Of a stretch of DNA of 31,753 bases, positions 1-9,460 are shown piece after piece (position 1 is the first letter of the stretch; the number at the start of each line of letters is the position of its first letter). This DNA comes from a virus (lineage: Duplodnaviria; Caudoviricetes). A program made the translations under genes and the position numbers. The DNA lies in the IMG/VR virus record IMGVR_UViG_3300038336_000119, positions 1-31,753 of that record; one strand, given 5' to 3'. The notes under the pieces were generated by a model. It saw nothing but the letters and a program-made list of their open reading frames with translations. It was not told where the DNA came from and did no database searches.

Positions 1-2993
1 GCTGATACTCCATAGCCGCGGGCGACATAGTCGAAACTGCGCGCCACGCCGTCCCCCGCCGCGTTTCTGAACTGGATGGTGAACCCGGCCGCGCTTTTGC
101 CGGTGATCTCGTAATAGTCGCCGCTGGCCATGCCCTGCGCCGAGACGCCAAGCCCCGAAAGGCCGCGAAATGCTGGAGTGAAGCTGACCACCATGCCGCC
201 CGTCCCCGCTGCCAGGTCGGCTTCGGCAATTGTGCGGTCGGGCATGTCAACTTCGACCGACAGCGCGGTCACATATGGCGTGACATTGGCGCTGGCGGTC
301 GAAAGCACGGCCCGAAAGCGAAACCCGCGCGCCGTGAAATCGCCCACGCTGAGCGCGCGCCAGGCGCTCCAGGCCGCCATGTCATCAGAGGTCGCAACCT
401 CTATTGCGACGTCGATGTCGGCGGCATTGGCATCGCCGGTGAACAGACCTTGCCGCGCCGAGAATAGGCCGGGGGCGGACGCGAACAGCCCCGCGGTGTC
501 GTCCTGCCGCGACACCGCAATCCGCGCGGTCAGCCGCGAAGTGTAGCGCGCGCCGAGGTCGACCGCTCCGCGGAAATCGTAGATGCCGCTACCCGGCGCG
601 GAGTAATCGGTCAGCACCAGCCCGAGACCGCTCTTGACGGTCTGCTTCACGGTGCCCCCAGCGGTGCTGAAAATGCCGGGGGCGCTGGCAAAGAGCCCCG
701 GCACTTCGCTGAAGCGGACCTCGGCACCGCTGAACCCCGGTTCCTCGATCACCGTCTCGACCGCGTTCAACCCCTCGACGCCTGCGATGGTGGTGACGAT
801 CGCGGTGGGGTTCAGGCTTTCGTTGCCAAGCTTGTCCACCGCGCGGATGAGGTATGTGCCGGTGCGTGCCGCGACGGTCGCACTGGTGCCGGGCCGCGGC
901 ACTTTGGGGACCAGGGTGACAGCGTTCGAATAGCTGGCCCCCGAGGTCGCAGGCGACCAGCGGATGACGTAGTGTGAAAGATCCTCGTCGGGTACAGGAT
1001 CCCAACGCAGATGTGCGACCGCGCCGGTAATGGCGATGTCGAAGCCAGTGACATCGGCAGGCGGCAGGCCGGGCAGCGCCACCGGGTAGGCCAGCAACTC
1101 GAGCCAGTCGGAATTGGTGCCGAGCACGCTGACCGCGCGCACCCGCACGTCGTAGTCTGCCGCTTCGATGCCAGAGACCTCGAAGCGCCCGGCGCCGCTC
1201 GCCCCGACATCGCGCCAGACCGCATCGCCGGTGGGGCGGTACTGCACCTCGGCGCTGTTGATGAACCCGCCCTCCCAGGCGACGTCGATGATCAGCACGC
1301 CCACCGGCTGCTGGTTGCGGATCCGCACCTCGGTGGAAAGCGTGACCCCCGGCAGAATCGGCGCGGGCGGCGGAGTGAGGCCGGTTGCAGCCGGTTCCCA
1401 AGGCAGCTCGTCCGCGGGGGTCCAGTCGTAGTCGGCCGGGTCGCGTTCGCGCAAAGAAACCTGCTGCAGCACGGTGCCAAGGTCATCGACGCATTCGGCG
1501 ACTTCGAACACCTTCGCCTCATAGCCGTTCGCTTCGCTGGTCCAGACCACCGCATCGAGCGGCTCAAGGATCGCGGCGTCGGGCGGCAGCGTCAGGCCGT
1601 GGCGCCGGAACCGGCGCTCCTCCTCGATGTAGGCGCGCATCAGCCGCTGCACCTGTCCCGCGTATGGCACCGCAGGCAGGCTCAAGTCCGCCACTAGGCG
1701 GCGGCCCTGGTCGAGAGCCTCGTAATCGGCGTTGAAGCGCGGTGGCGCGTCCTTGCTTTCCCAAAGGCTCGAGGGTTCGGGGTAGCTCGCCTGGATGCCG
1801 TTCCAGGTGCGATCGAGGCCGGGGAACGGCTCGAACCCCTGCGCGGCGGTCACGATCACGTCGTCGTCCGAGAACAGATAGACCGGTAGCCCAGGCCCGC
1901 CGACGCGGATTTTCCAGATACCGCCGACCTCGGCCATCTGGCCTGAACAGCCTTTCAACAGCTCTTCAATGACACTTGCAGGCTCTTCATCGACGGTCAC
2001 CTCGAAGCCCGCGCGGTACTGTGGCTCGGTGCCGCCCTCGGCGAGCGCGATCTCGACATCGCACTCGTTCATCGCGGCAAACCAGGTGTCGAGGGGCAGA
2101 TCGTCCGCCGTGCTCTCGCCGCCCCAGATCGAGCCGTCCGGCAGCCGGATGCCGCGCAGTATGTTGTAGATCTGCACGACCGGGTTGGCGCTTGGGCTCC
2201 AGCTGGCGGGGTCCGACCAGCGCTGCGCACCGCTGCCGCCCTCGGTATCGTCGGCGCGCGGATCATAGAGCGGGATCCCGGCCAGCACGAAACGCACGCG
2301 CGGCAGCCCGTTGAAGAGCTCGCGGTTGTAGCGGAAGGTCAGGACCGCGTAGCAAAGCCCGGTGCCGACCATGTCGGCCTGCCAGGGCCGATCGGCGGCC
2401 TCGCCATATTTGGCCAGCAGCATCGGATCGGCCGCGGTCTGGGTGCCATCGTAAAAGGTGACCCAGGCGTAGCCTTGGTATTTGCCCAGTACCGGGCGGC
2501 CGTAGGTGGTCTCGCTGGTGCGCGGGAAGAGGCCTAGCGGATCGGGCCAGTCCGGCCAAGCTGGCCAGTCAGGCAGACCAAAAAAGAGCGTGGTTCCGCC
2601 TTCGCTGACCACATCGGGGCCAATCTCGACATAGTCGTCGTCGATGATCAGACCAGTCAGCGCCTGCCCAGGCACATCGCCCAGATCGATGACATAGGTG
2701 AGATAAGCGTTCGGCGTCTTGCCGCTCGTGCCGTGGCTCATCGCCGGGGCAAGCGCAAATCCTGCCGTCGCATATTGCCCGAGGATGAAGCTCTGCGGGT
2801 TGGTGCCACCGGTGGCGGTGGTCGAGGTCTTGATGCCCGGCACCCGCGGCTTCGGCGCCAGTGCCTGCGCCAGAGCCGACAGGCCGACAGAGACCAGCAG
2901 CCGCACAATAAATGCGCCGGTGGTGCCGATTGTCGCGGCAAGCGCCGCGCCGAAGCTGACACCATTTGCGATCAGGGCGGCGAATACGGCCAT
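1..2993 (-). CDS. Tail tip / host-specificity protein (lambda J-like central fibre with FN3-type domains), 3' end truncated by window; absent from ORF track
   Basis: Hand translation from ATG 2993 (MAVFAALIANG...) stays open for ~997 codons to the edge (...FDYVARGYGVS). Motifs GIPLYDPR, NPVVQIYNILRG, FN3-like YDVRVRAVSVLG and YLIRAVDKLGNES. Follows the tail peptidase gene. Confidence 0.9.
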   Translation of the reverse strand, partial: MAVFAALIANGVSFGAALAATIGTTGAFIVRLLVSVGLSALAQALAPKPRVPGIKTSTTATGGTNPQSFILGQYATAGFALAPAMSHGTSGKTPNAYLTYVIDLGDVPGQALTGLIIDDDYVEIGPDVVSEGGTTLFFGLPDWPAWPDWPDPLGLFPRTSETTYGRPVLGKYQGYAWVTFYDGTQTAADPMLLAKYGEAADRPWQADMVGTGLCYAVLTFRYNRELFNGLPRVRFVLAGIPLYDPRADDTEGGSGAQRWSDPASWSPSANPVVQIYNILRGIRLPDGSIWGGESTADDLPLDTWFAAMNECDVEIALAEGGTEPQYRAGFEVTVDEEPASVIEELLKGCSGQMAEVGGIWKIRVGGPGLPVYLFSDDDVIVTAAQGFEPFPGLDRTWNGIQASYPEPSSLWESKDAPPRFNADYEALDQGRRLVADLSLPAVPYAGQVQRLMRAYIEEERRFRRHGLTLPPDAAILEPLDAVVWTSEANGYEAKVFEVAECVDDLGTVLQQVSLRERDPADYDWTPADELPWEPAATGLTPPPAPILPGVTLSTEVRIRNQQPVGVLIIDVAWEGGFINSAEVQYRPTGDAVWRDVGASGAGRFEVSGIEAADYDVRVRAVSVLGTNSDWLELLAYPVALPGLPPADVTGFDIAITGAVAHLRWDPVPDEDLSHYVIRWSPATSGASYSNAVTLVPKVPRPGTSATVAARTGTYLIRAVDKLGNESLNPTAIVTTIAGVEGLNAVETVIEEPGFSGAEVRFSEVPGLFASAPGIFSTAGGTVKQTVKSGLGLVLTDYSAPGSGIYDFRGAVDLGARYTSRLTARIAVSRQDDTAGLFASAPGLFSARQGLFTGDANAADIDVAIEVATSDDMAAWSAWRALSVGDFTARGFRFRAVLSTASANVTPYVTALSVEVDMPDRTIAEADLAAGTGGMVVSFTPAFRGLSGLGVSAQGMASGDYYEITGKSAAGFTIQFRNAAGDGVARSFDYVARGYGVS

Positions 2994-2996
2994 GGC

Positions 2997-3419
2997 TCAC
3001 CCCACCCTGAACGCGCGAGATGCGAGAGATCGCGGCACGAGCCGGAGTCCCGTTGGCCCCAGCACGAAGATCATCTCGCCCTGCACCAACCCGAGCGCCG
3101 GTCCGTCCTGGGTTTCCACCACCGCGCCATCGCCGGTGCGGGCATAGGCGGCGGGCACCTCGGGCAGACATGCCGCGGCAAGGGCAAGGTGATCGGCGAA
3201 TCCCGCCCGGCGCAACAGCCTGAGCCCGGCCGCTGTGCTCGGGTATCGCCCGCGCCAGGCGGCAGCCGGATCGGTGCCTGTCATCGCCTCGACCGCGCCT
3301 GCAAAGAAGAGCGCGCAATCGTGCTCGCCCTCGGCAAAGGGGCGGCGCGCGGCCTGCACCAACCAGGCGGTGAGGCGCGGTTTCCAGTCGGGAAGGCGGG
3401 CGAGGGGCGCATGGGTCAT
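2997..3419 (-). CDS. NlpC/P60-like tail-associated protein (DUF6950-like)
   Basis: RRPFAEGEHDCALF...AMTGTD...WRGRY and RTGDGAVV motifs. ATG 3419 overlaps the upstream TGA (ATGA). Confidence 0.8.
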   Translation of the reverse strand: MTHAPLARLPDWKPRLTAWLVQAARRPFAEGEHDCALFFAGAVEAMTGTDPAAAWRGRYPSTAAGLRLLRRAGFADHLALAAACLPEVPAAYARTGDGAVVETQDGPALGLVQGEMIFVLGPTGLRLVPRSLASRAFRVG

Positions 3420-4027
3420 GAGGATTTCGCCTTCGCCTCGCCCCAATAGACATCGACCGATCCGGAAATGTCGGTGTAGCGCCGCAGCCGGTCATCACCG
3501 CGCCGCCGCTGGCTCTCGTCGCTTTTCTTCAAGGCAAGCACCTTGGTGAGTGCCCGCGCCGAACTGGCCAATGTCACCTCGACCGCGCCCTGCCCGCCCA
3601 CTTCGGGCGTCGGCAGCGAAATCGCATCGATCCAGCCCTTGAAAATCCGGTGCGGCGCCTCGATCAACTCGCCCGAGGCGGGCGCAAAAAAGGCGCGGTG
3701 GATCTCGACCGGGGCAAGGCGCGCATCATAGGTGCGCAAGGCCTGCGCCACTTCGGGCGCGGTCGGCGCCAGCGTCACGCGGTGCATGCGCACCACGATG
3801 CCGGTCTGCATGGTAATCGGCTCGATCCCCAGCACCCCGCCCGCGCCGTAATAAAGCCGGGTCGCGCCGTCGATCGTGAAGCTGCGGTGATCGTCGCCGG
3901 TCCAGAGCCCCAGTGCCTCTTCGGCGCCGGTCGCGCGGTTGCGCGCCCTGACCCAGATCAAGAGGCGCGACATGACGCCTTCGCGCGAGGCGAGGTAAAG
4001 GCTGGTGGTGGCTCCAAACGTGCGCAT
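3416..4027 (-). CDS. Minor tail / baseplate hub-like protein
   Basis: 203 aa ORF between the distal tail and peptidase genes. C-terminal SDESQRRRGDD...VYWG is typical of this position. Confidence 0.75.
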   Translation of the reverse strand: MRTFGATTSLYLASREGVMSRLLIWVRARNRATGAEEALGLWTGDDHRSFTIDGATRLYYGAGGVLGIEPITMQTGIVVRMHRVTLAPTAPEVAQALRTYDARLAPVEIHRAFFAPASGELIEAPHRIFKGWIDAISLPTPEVGGQGAVEVTLASSARALTKVLALKKSDESQRRRGDDRLRRYTDISGSVDVYWGEAKAKSS

Positions 4028-4029
4028 CG

Positions 4030-4686
4030 CTACCTCAGCGTCTGGATAAAGCGGAAGGTGATACCCTCGGTCAGCCAGCGCGACACCGCGCCCGCGTCGG
4101 TCGAGCCGGGCTCGATCACCGCCTTGATCGGGGGTTTGGTCAACGCCACTGGGGCGCCGTTGCTGGCACCGGGGCGCAGCGGCGGCGTTACCTCGATCGC
4201 GCCCGTGACCCCGCCTGCGTCGGCCACTGCGCCGGTCACCACCCGGTGCAGGGCGCGGCGCACCGGGTTTGCGCCGTAAGCAAAGGCGAGGTAGTCGCCG
4301 CTGGAAAGCGTGTAGCTTTCGGGCAACCCGCCCAGCCGCAACTCGCGCGATCCGGCGATCAGTTCGTAGATCACCGGCGTCGCAGTGCCGAGCAAGCTGC
4401 CGGTCGGGTCGGCCAGCGGCGCGGCACGACTCACGTCATAGGCTAGAAACGACGCCCCGGCCCCACGCAGCAGGGCCAGCAGTGCCAAGATCGGTGCCGC
4501 CTCGGCGCGCGTCAGACGGCCGAGTGTCACCTCGCCAGACCAAAGCCGGGGGCCCAGATCGGCGGCAAGGATTTCGCCGCCGCCGGTGCGCGCGATCTGC
4601 ACCTGCTCCGGGCAATCGAAGGTGATACTCTGTATCGGCAGCAGATCGAAGAAGGTCTCGCGGGCGAGCGGAAAGGCGAGCGCCAT
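4030..4686 (-). CDS. Distal tail protein-like minor tail protein
   Basis: 218 aa, directly after the tape measure gene (TGATG overlap). Beta-rich, GDYLAF and IEVTPPLRPG motifs. Confidence 0.75.
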   Translation of the reverse strand: MALAFPLARETFFDLLPIQSITFDCPEQVQIARTGGGEILAADLGPRLWSGEVTLGRLTRAEAAPILALLALLRGAGASFLAYDVSRAAPLADPTGSLLGTATPVIYELIAGSRELRLGGLPESYTLSSGDYLAFAYGANPVRRALHRVVTGAVADAGGVTGAIEVTPPLRPGASNGAPVALTKPPIKAVIEPGSTDAGAVSRWLTEGITFRFIQTLR

Positions 4687-6836
4687 CAGCCGACCCTCCG
4701 CAGATCGCCGGAAATCTGGCGCACGCGCCCAGGCAGCGCCTGCCGGTCGTATTCGGCAAGGCCGCGGCGGATGCCCTCGGCCACCAGCGCTTCGATCTCT
4801 GTGTTGCCGCGCGCGCCGCGCAAATCGATGGTGATGTTGGCGGGCGCTGCCTCGGCCGCGCTAGCTGACGCGCCGATGCCGCCCACCGCGCCCCCGCGCG
4901 CGAAACCCGGCATCGTCGCCCCGGCGTTCATCGCCTCGAGCAGATGCCGGTGGCGCCGCGTGGCTGCGGCGGTCATCACGAATTCGCCCGACGAGGCGGC
5001 GATCAGCACGTCATCCGAGGTGCCCGAACCGGGGCCGGTGATCAGCCCGCCCTCGGCCTTGCCGGGCAGAATGGCCTTGAACAAGGAGCCGAGCAATCCA
5101 CCGCTGTCTTTGGTCCCGAACAGCCCCGCCAGCGGCCCACTGCCCATCAACGTCGCCTGCAGCGCTGCCTGCGCGAGCGCCGACACAATATTGTGCAGCA
5201 CGTCGGTCAGGTTGTCGCCGCGCAGGATCAGCCCTTCAAATGCGTCGTAGAGCGTGCCGGAAAAGAAGTCCTGCGCCTCCTGCAGTGCCTGCATCTCAGC
5301 CTGCTCGCGGATGCGGGCTGCAATCAGTTCTTCGACCATCTGCCGTTCGGCGTCGGTGGCGCCGACCATCGCCTCGCGGTGCTTCAGCATTTCCTTTTGC
5401 ACCGGATCGGTCTCGCGCAGGATCGCCAATTCCTGCATCTGCGCGTCGATCAGGTCTTCCAGCGAAGAACGCTGCTTGTCCGATGCCTTGCCGCCCTCGC
5501 GCTGGCCGCGTTGCCAATCGGCCAATGCTTGGTCAATGCGCGCGGTTTCGGTCGCGGCGGAGACGGTTTGCTGGCGTCGGATTGCCACGTCCAGCTGCTC
5601 TTCCGGGCCGGTTCCGGCGGGCAATTGCACGGCCGCATCGAACCGCGATGCCGCCAAGGCCGCGGCAAGCTTGACCGGGTCTTCCTTGAATTCAAGCCGC
5701 AGTTGCGCTTCCTGCAACGCGGATTGGCCCTGGCTGGCGAGCGATTGTGCCGCGCCAACAGCGGCCAGCAGCTCGTCGGTCAGGCGACGCGCCTCATCCG
5801 CAGCGCGCGCGATGCCGCCAGCAATATCTGTCGCGGCGATATCACCGGTGGCCGCGGCGACACGCCGCAGCGTGCTCTCGCTTTCCAGGGCCTTCCGATA
5901 AAACTCAGCCTGGGCGTCGGTCATATGGTCGACGCCGCCAGACGCTTCGAGCATCGCACCCTTTAACACGCTGATCCAGAACAGCTGTTCCTTGATCGAA
6001 GTACTCTTGCCTAATTGATCTAACGCGCGGGTCATCGTAGCGACCGCGTCGTAGGCGGGAGTGATAGCACCAAGGGCGGAAGCACCGAAAAGGTCGGCGA
6101 GCCGAGCCCCGGCACTTCTGAAGCCGCCCGACATCGACTCGGAAAGCGCCTTCGACGCCTCGGCCGCATCGAGCAGCACGTCGCGGATGCGCAGCTCCTG
6201 GAACGCCCGCTCCATCGCGATCACTTCGGGCGTCACCGCCCCGAAGTCCGCGCGCATGTCCTCCAGGCTGCGTTTAGTGCCGTCGCGCAGCGCCTTGACG
6301 CTTTTATCGAGATCTCCGAGCACCTCATCGAGACCGCGCGCTTCATCGCCCGCCGCCGTCAGCCACTGCACCAGCGAAGCGCCAACGGCGATGGTGCCGA
6401 GCGTGAGCAGGCTGATCGGGCTCAACATGCCCATGAAGGCTGACCCCAGCGCCTTGGCAGCACCCGTGGCGCCCATCGGACCGATCACCTGGCTGATCTG
6501 GGTGCCCTGCTGGATCGCCAGTTGCAGCGGGTTCTGCCCAGCCATCATCATCATGCCGATGTCGTTGAACTGCGCGGTCAGGTTGCCGACTGCGCCTGCG
6601 GCACCCTGATAACCGCGACCGCCCATTGAACCGCGGCCGTCATGGCCGATCGCTGCTTCGAGGGCGCCCGCCTGCCGGGTCAGGCCGCCAAGTGCGCCCC
6701 CATCGCTGCCCGCCCGGCTCAAGCCTTCGACAGCTCCCTTCGCCTCGGTCGCCGCGGCAGCTGTCGCCGCCAATGCGGCCTGGGCGCCCTTTGCGTTGCC
6801 GTCGATTCGAAGCGAAAGCACGAAGGCCTGGGTCAT
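4686..6836 (-). CDS. Tail tape measure protein
   Basis: 716 aa, Ala-rich helical. Lambda-type N-terminal motif NLTAQFNDI...GQNPLQLAIQQGTQI and C-terminal GGLITGPGSGTSD...GEFV. Confidence 0.93.
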   Translation of the reverse strand: MTQAFVLSLRIDGNAKGAQAALAATAAAATEAKGAVEGLSRAGSDGGALGGLTRQAGALEAAIGHDGRGSMGGRGYQGAAGAVGNLTAQFNDIGMMMMAGQNPLQLAIQQGTQISQVIGPMGATGAAKALGSAFMGMLSPISLLTLGTIAVGASLVQWLTAAGDEARGLDEVLGDLDKSVKALRDGTKRSLEDMRADFGAVTPEVIAMERAFQELRIRDVLLDAAEASKALSESMSGGFRSAGARLADLFGASALGAITPAYDAVATMTRALDQLGKSTSIKEQLFWISVLKGAMLEASGGVDHMTDAQAEFYRKALESESTLRRVAAATGDIAATDIAGGIARAADEARRLTDELLAAVGAAQSLASQGQSALQEAQLRLEFKEDPVKLAAALAASRFDAAVQLPAGTGPEEQLDVAIRRQQTVSAATETARIDQALADWQRGQREGGKASDKQRSSLEDLIDAQMQELAILRETDPVQKEMLKHREAMVGATDAERQMVEELIAARIREQAEMQALQEAQDFFSGTLYDAFEGLILRGDNLTDVLHNIVSALAQAALQATLMGSGPLAGLFGTKDSGGLLGSLFKAILPGKAEGGLITGPGSGTSDDVLIAASSGEFVMTAAATRRHRHLLEAMNAGATMPGFARGGAVGGIGASASAAEAAPANITIDLRGARGNTEIEALVAEGIRRGLAEYDRQALPGRVRQISGDLRRVG

Positions 6837-7189
6837 TGCCGCGCCTCGTTCATCGCGGCCAGCGCGCCGCGCTCGATCACCTGCACGTCGGCCCAGAGCG
6901 CGGGCGTCATGGCGATCCCGGCCAGATCGAGCCCGGCGCGTGCGCCCGCATAGTCAAGCCCTGTCATCGCCACGCCGCCCATTCCTGCCACCATCCTCCA
7001 CTGTGTCGTTACTGCCAGAAACGCCGTGAGCGCCGCGAGGTTTTCGGCCCAGATGCCAGGGCCAGTGTCGGGTATGTCGCCCGTTTGCAGATCCAGCCCC
7101 CAGCGGCGCGCATCGGCCTTCGCCTCGTCCTGGTCCTCGTCCGACCCGCCAAGCTCGCCCCGCGCCCAGGCTTGCCCGGCGGCTTTCAG
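6833..7189 (-). CDS. DUF1799-like tail chaperone extension (gpT-equivalent), probably reached by -1 frameshift; absent from ORF track
   Basis: Hand translation LKAAGQAWARG...IWAENLAALTAFLAVTTQWR...GLDY...VQVIERGALAAMN. No start codon at its 5' end. Its stop overlaps the tape measure ATG. Confidence 0.85.
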   Translation of the reverse strand: MKAAGQAWARGELGGSDEDQDEAKADARRWGLDLQTGDIPDTGPGIWAENLAALTAFLAVTTQWRMVAGMGGVAMTGLDYAGARAGLDLAGIAMTPALWADVQVIERGALAAMNEARQ

Positions 7190-7515
7190 TTTCCCGTTCG
7201 CGCCTTGGTGACCGCCGCGATGTAGGCGCGCAGCAGCGCCGCACGCGCGTATGGCAGCGCCAGCACCTGATCGCGCACCGCGTCCGAATAGGGCACCGGA
7301 GCGCCGTCATCGTCGACGATGTCTTCAAGCCCGACCACGGCGCGGGCCAGAAAGCCGCTGATGTCGGCGTTGGTCGCCAGCGCGAACACGTCTTCGCCCG
7401 GTCCCGACAGCACGCGAAACCGTGCCTTCAGCACTTCTTCGCGGTGGCCGCCATCGGCAGGCACCTGCACCGGCACGGCATGGGTAAACTCGGGGTTCTG
7501 GATGATCTTGAACAT
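7186..7515 (-). CDS. Tail assembly chaperone (lambda gpG-equivalent)
   Basis: 109 aa between tail tube and tape measure genes, ends in a slippery site, GGAG RBS. Confidence 0.88.
   Translation of the reverse strand: MFKIIQNPEFTHAVPVQVPADGGHREEVLKARFRVLSGPGEDVFALATNADISGFLARAVVGLEDIVDDDGAPVPYSDAVRDQVLALPYARAALLRAYIAAVTKARTGN
7189..7195 (-). other. -1 ribosomal frameshift slippery site G GGA AAC
   Basis: X XXY YYZ heptamer in the correct frame immediately before the chaperone stop (ACG GGA AAC TGA). Confidence 0.88.
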
Positions 7516-7530
7516 GTCGTCTCCGCCGGA

Positions 7531-8463
7531 TCAGGTAAGGGTGAGGGTCCACTGGTCGTTGCCAGCACCGGGCAGCGGCACCAGACGCAGTGGCCATTCA
7601 AGGATGTTCTGGGCGTTCTCTAGCCCCTGCGGGCGCTGCATCTGCGCGGTGGGAACGGCAAGCGCCAGGCGCTGCCCGGCCACCGTGCCATGCGTCAGCG
7701 CCAGTGCCACGCTGGCTTGGGTCGATGCCTTCGAGAACGGGTTGAAGGTGGTCAGCGCCACCGCCTCGACCTTGGCCTCGATGGTCTCGGCCTTCTCGGT
7801 GATCAGCACCGATTCCGATCCGATCAGGAAGCGGTTCTCGATCTGGTTGCCGAGGTCGAGCGCCAGCGAGCGCAGCACGAAGCTGGTGGCATCGAGCGTG
7901 AACACCGGGGTGTTTGTGCTGGTTGCCAGCAGCGGTTTCTGGAAACCGCTGAGCGTCGGTGTGACCCGCGCGGTTTCGGCGGGCAAGCTGAACAGACCGG
8001 TGAAGCTGAATTCGAGGTAGGGGATCGCCTGCGCCCCGATCATGATCTTGGCCGTGCCGCGCGCGCCCTTGAGCACATAGCGCGTGTCGCCGATCCAGAG
8101 GTGTAGCGTCAGCGACTCGTGGGCCTCGCTGACCGGGTTGTAGGTGACCGAGGTGCCCGCGCTGACCACCTGAGCGACGGCGCAACCGCGCAGCAATGCC
8201 CCCCAGGCAGGCGCGGTGCCCGCGGTGCCCGAAGCTGCCATCTCGACCTTGAAGGTCAGCTTCTGGTGCAGCTCGGCCGGGATCGTTGCCTGTGCTCCGA
8301 GATGGGGCAGTTCAAGCCCGCGGCTGATGTCGCTGCCTTCCATCGGTGTCAGGGTGACATCTGTGGCAAGGATCGCGTTGAGCACGCCGGTCGGCGCGGC
8401 ATCGACGCCGTAGCTGGTTTCGATCTTCGCCAGCAGGATTTTCGTGCGCCATTTAATGGCCAT
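7531..8463 (-). CDS. Major tail tube protein
   Basis: 310 aa, beta-rich. N-terminal LLAKIETSYGVD and GTAGTAPAWGALLRGC motifs, AAGGAGG RBS, position before the chaperone. Confidence 0.88.
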   Translation of the reverse strand: MAIKWRTKILLAKIETSYGVDAAPTGVLNAILATDVTLTPMEGSDISRGLELPHLGAQATIPAELHQKLTFKVEMAASGTAGTAPAWGALLRGCAVAQVVSAGTSVTYNPVSEAHESLTLHLWIGDTRYVLKGARGTAKIMIGAQAIPYLEFSFTGLFSLPAETARVTPTLSGFQKPLLATSTNTPVFTLDATSFVLRSLALDLGNQIENRFLIGSESVLITEKAETIEAKVEAVALTTFNPFSKASTQASVALALTHGTVAGQRLALAVPTAQMQRPQGLENAQNILEWPLRLVPLPGAGNDQWTLTLT

Positions 8464-8601
8464 TTACGCCTCCTTTTTCGGGGCAGGTTTCGGGGCGGGT
8501 TTCGATGCTGCGGCGGGTGTCTCGGGGGCATCGGCGGGGCGCAGCGTGCCATCGGCCTCGCGGGTGTAGCTGCCGCCCGCGGCGGGGTGGGTGTCGGTCA
8601 T
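8464..8601 (-). CDS. 45-aa small protein (MTDTHPAAGGSYTREADGTLRP...KKEA); absent from ORF track
   Basis: Fills the gap exactly: ATGA overlap with the upstream gene, TAA abutting the tail tube ATG, GAGG upstream. Confidence 0.75.
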   Translation of the reverse strand: MTDTHPAAGGSYTREADGTLRPADAPETPAAASKPAPKPAPKKEA

Positions 8602-9032
8602 GTTGCAATCCTCAGCTGGTCGGAAATGGAAAACTCGAGCTGGTAGACGATGGTGCCCGCGGCCATGCTGATCACCGCGCCACGGCGCAGTGCGAAGACG
8701 CCCACGGCGTTTTCCGGGCCCCAGCCCGCCAGCGCGTCGATCACCGCGTGGATCACCTGATCGAGCGGCGCGAGCGAGGCACTGCCAGTGCGCTCGTGAG
8801 ACCGGAAGGTCAGCACCACAGCGATGACCTCTTCGATGCTCTGCACAAACAGGCCCGCTGCGGCTTGCACCTGCCCACCTTGCAGCCCGAGCGGCAACAC
8901 ATGCGCGGCGGGCGTTACCTGCGGCAGCGCCTTGCGGGCCATCAGGTCGGCAAACTGCGCCGCGCCCTCGGTGCGGCCAGCAAGCCCCACCACCTGGTCT
9001 TCGATTCGCGCAATGACCTCGGCGATAAGCAT
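8598..9032 (-). CDS. Tail terminator / neck protein (Mu gp37-like)
   Basis: 144 aa after the gp36-like gene. PAAHVLP and ALAGWGP motifs. Confidence 0.8.
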   Translation of the reverse strand: MLIAEVIARIEDQVVGLAGRTEGAAQFADLMARKALPQVTPAAHVLPLGLQGGQVQAAAGLFVQSIEEVIAVVLTFRSHERTGSASLAPLDQVIHAVIDALAGWGPENAVGVFALRRGAVISMAAGTIVYQLEFSISDQLRIAT

Positions 9033-9460
9033 CAGATGAAGCCCTTCATGTTGGACTCGGTCAGTGGCCGCTCGCGGTCGGTGATGCGCACGCCGGTGCC
9101 GCCGCTTACGCTCGGCTCGGCGCCCGCCACCGACAGGCGCACCGCACCGCTGGCGATGTCCCGCAGCATCCGCATGGCATCTTTATAATCGGCCTCGATC
9201 TTGGGATCAGCCGCGGCCAGGTGCAGCTTCCAGATCGCGATCGAGGCGGCAATGTCGGCCAGGAGCGCGGGAACCTCGACCAGAGGCAGCGCATAGCGCG
9301 CGGCCAGATAGCCGTCGATCACCGCATCGGTATCGACAAGCGCGCGCGCCACCACATCGGCGTCGATCAGGCCGGTGGCCACCTCGCCGCGATCGGTGAG
9401 GGCCACCAGCATGCGCGCGCCAAAGCGGTCAGTCAGCGTGGCTTGGGTGATGTAGGACAT
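9032..9460 (-). CDS. Head-tail adaptor (Mu gp36 / DUF1320-like)
   Basis: MSYIT...IDGYLAARYALPL...YKDAMRMLRDIASG. Confidence 0.9.
   Translation of the reverse strand: MSYITQATLTDRFGARMLVALTDRGEVATGLIDADVVARALVDTDAVIDGYLAARYALPLVEVPALLADIAASIAIWKLHLAAADPKIEADYKDAMRMLRDIASGAVRLSVAGAEPSVSGGTGVRITDRERPLTESNMKGFI

Noticed and set aside
130-2970. Many tracked ORFs over the left 3 kb
   Set aside because: All overlap the single minus-strand tail-tip ORF, which the track missed because it has no stop in the window.
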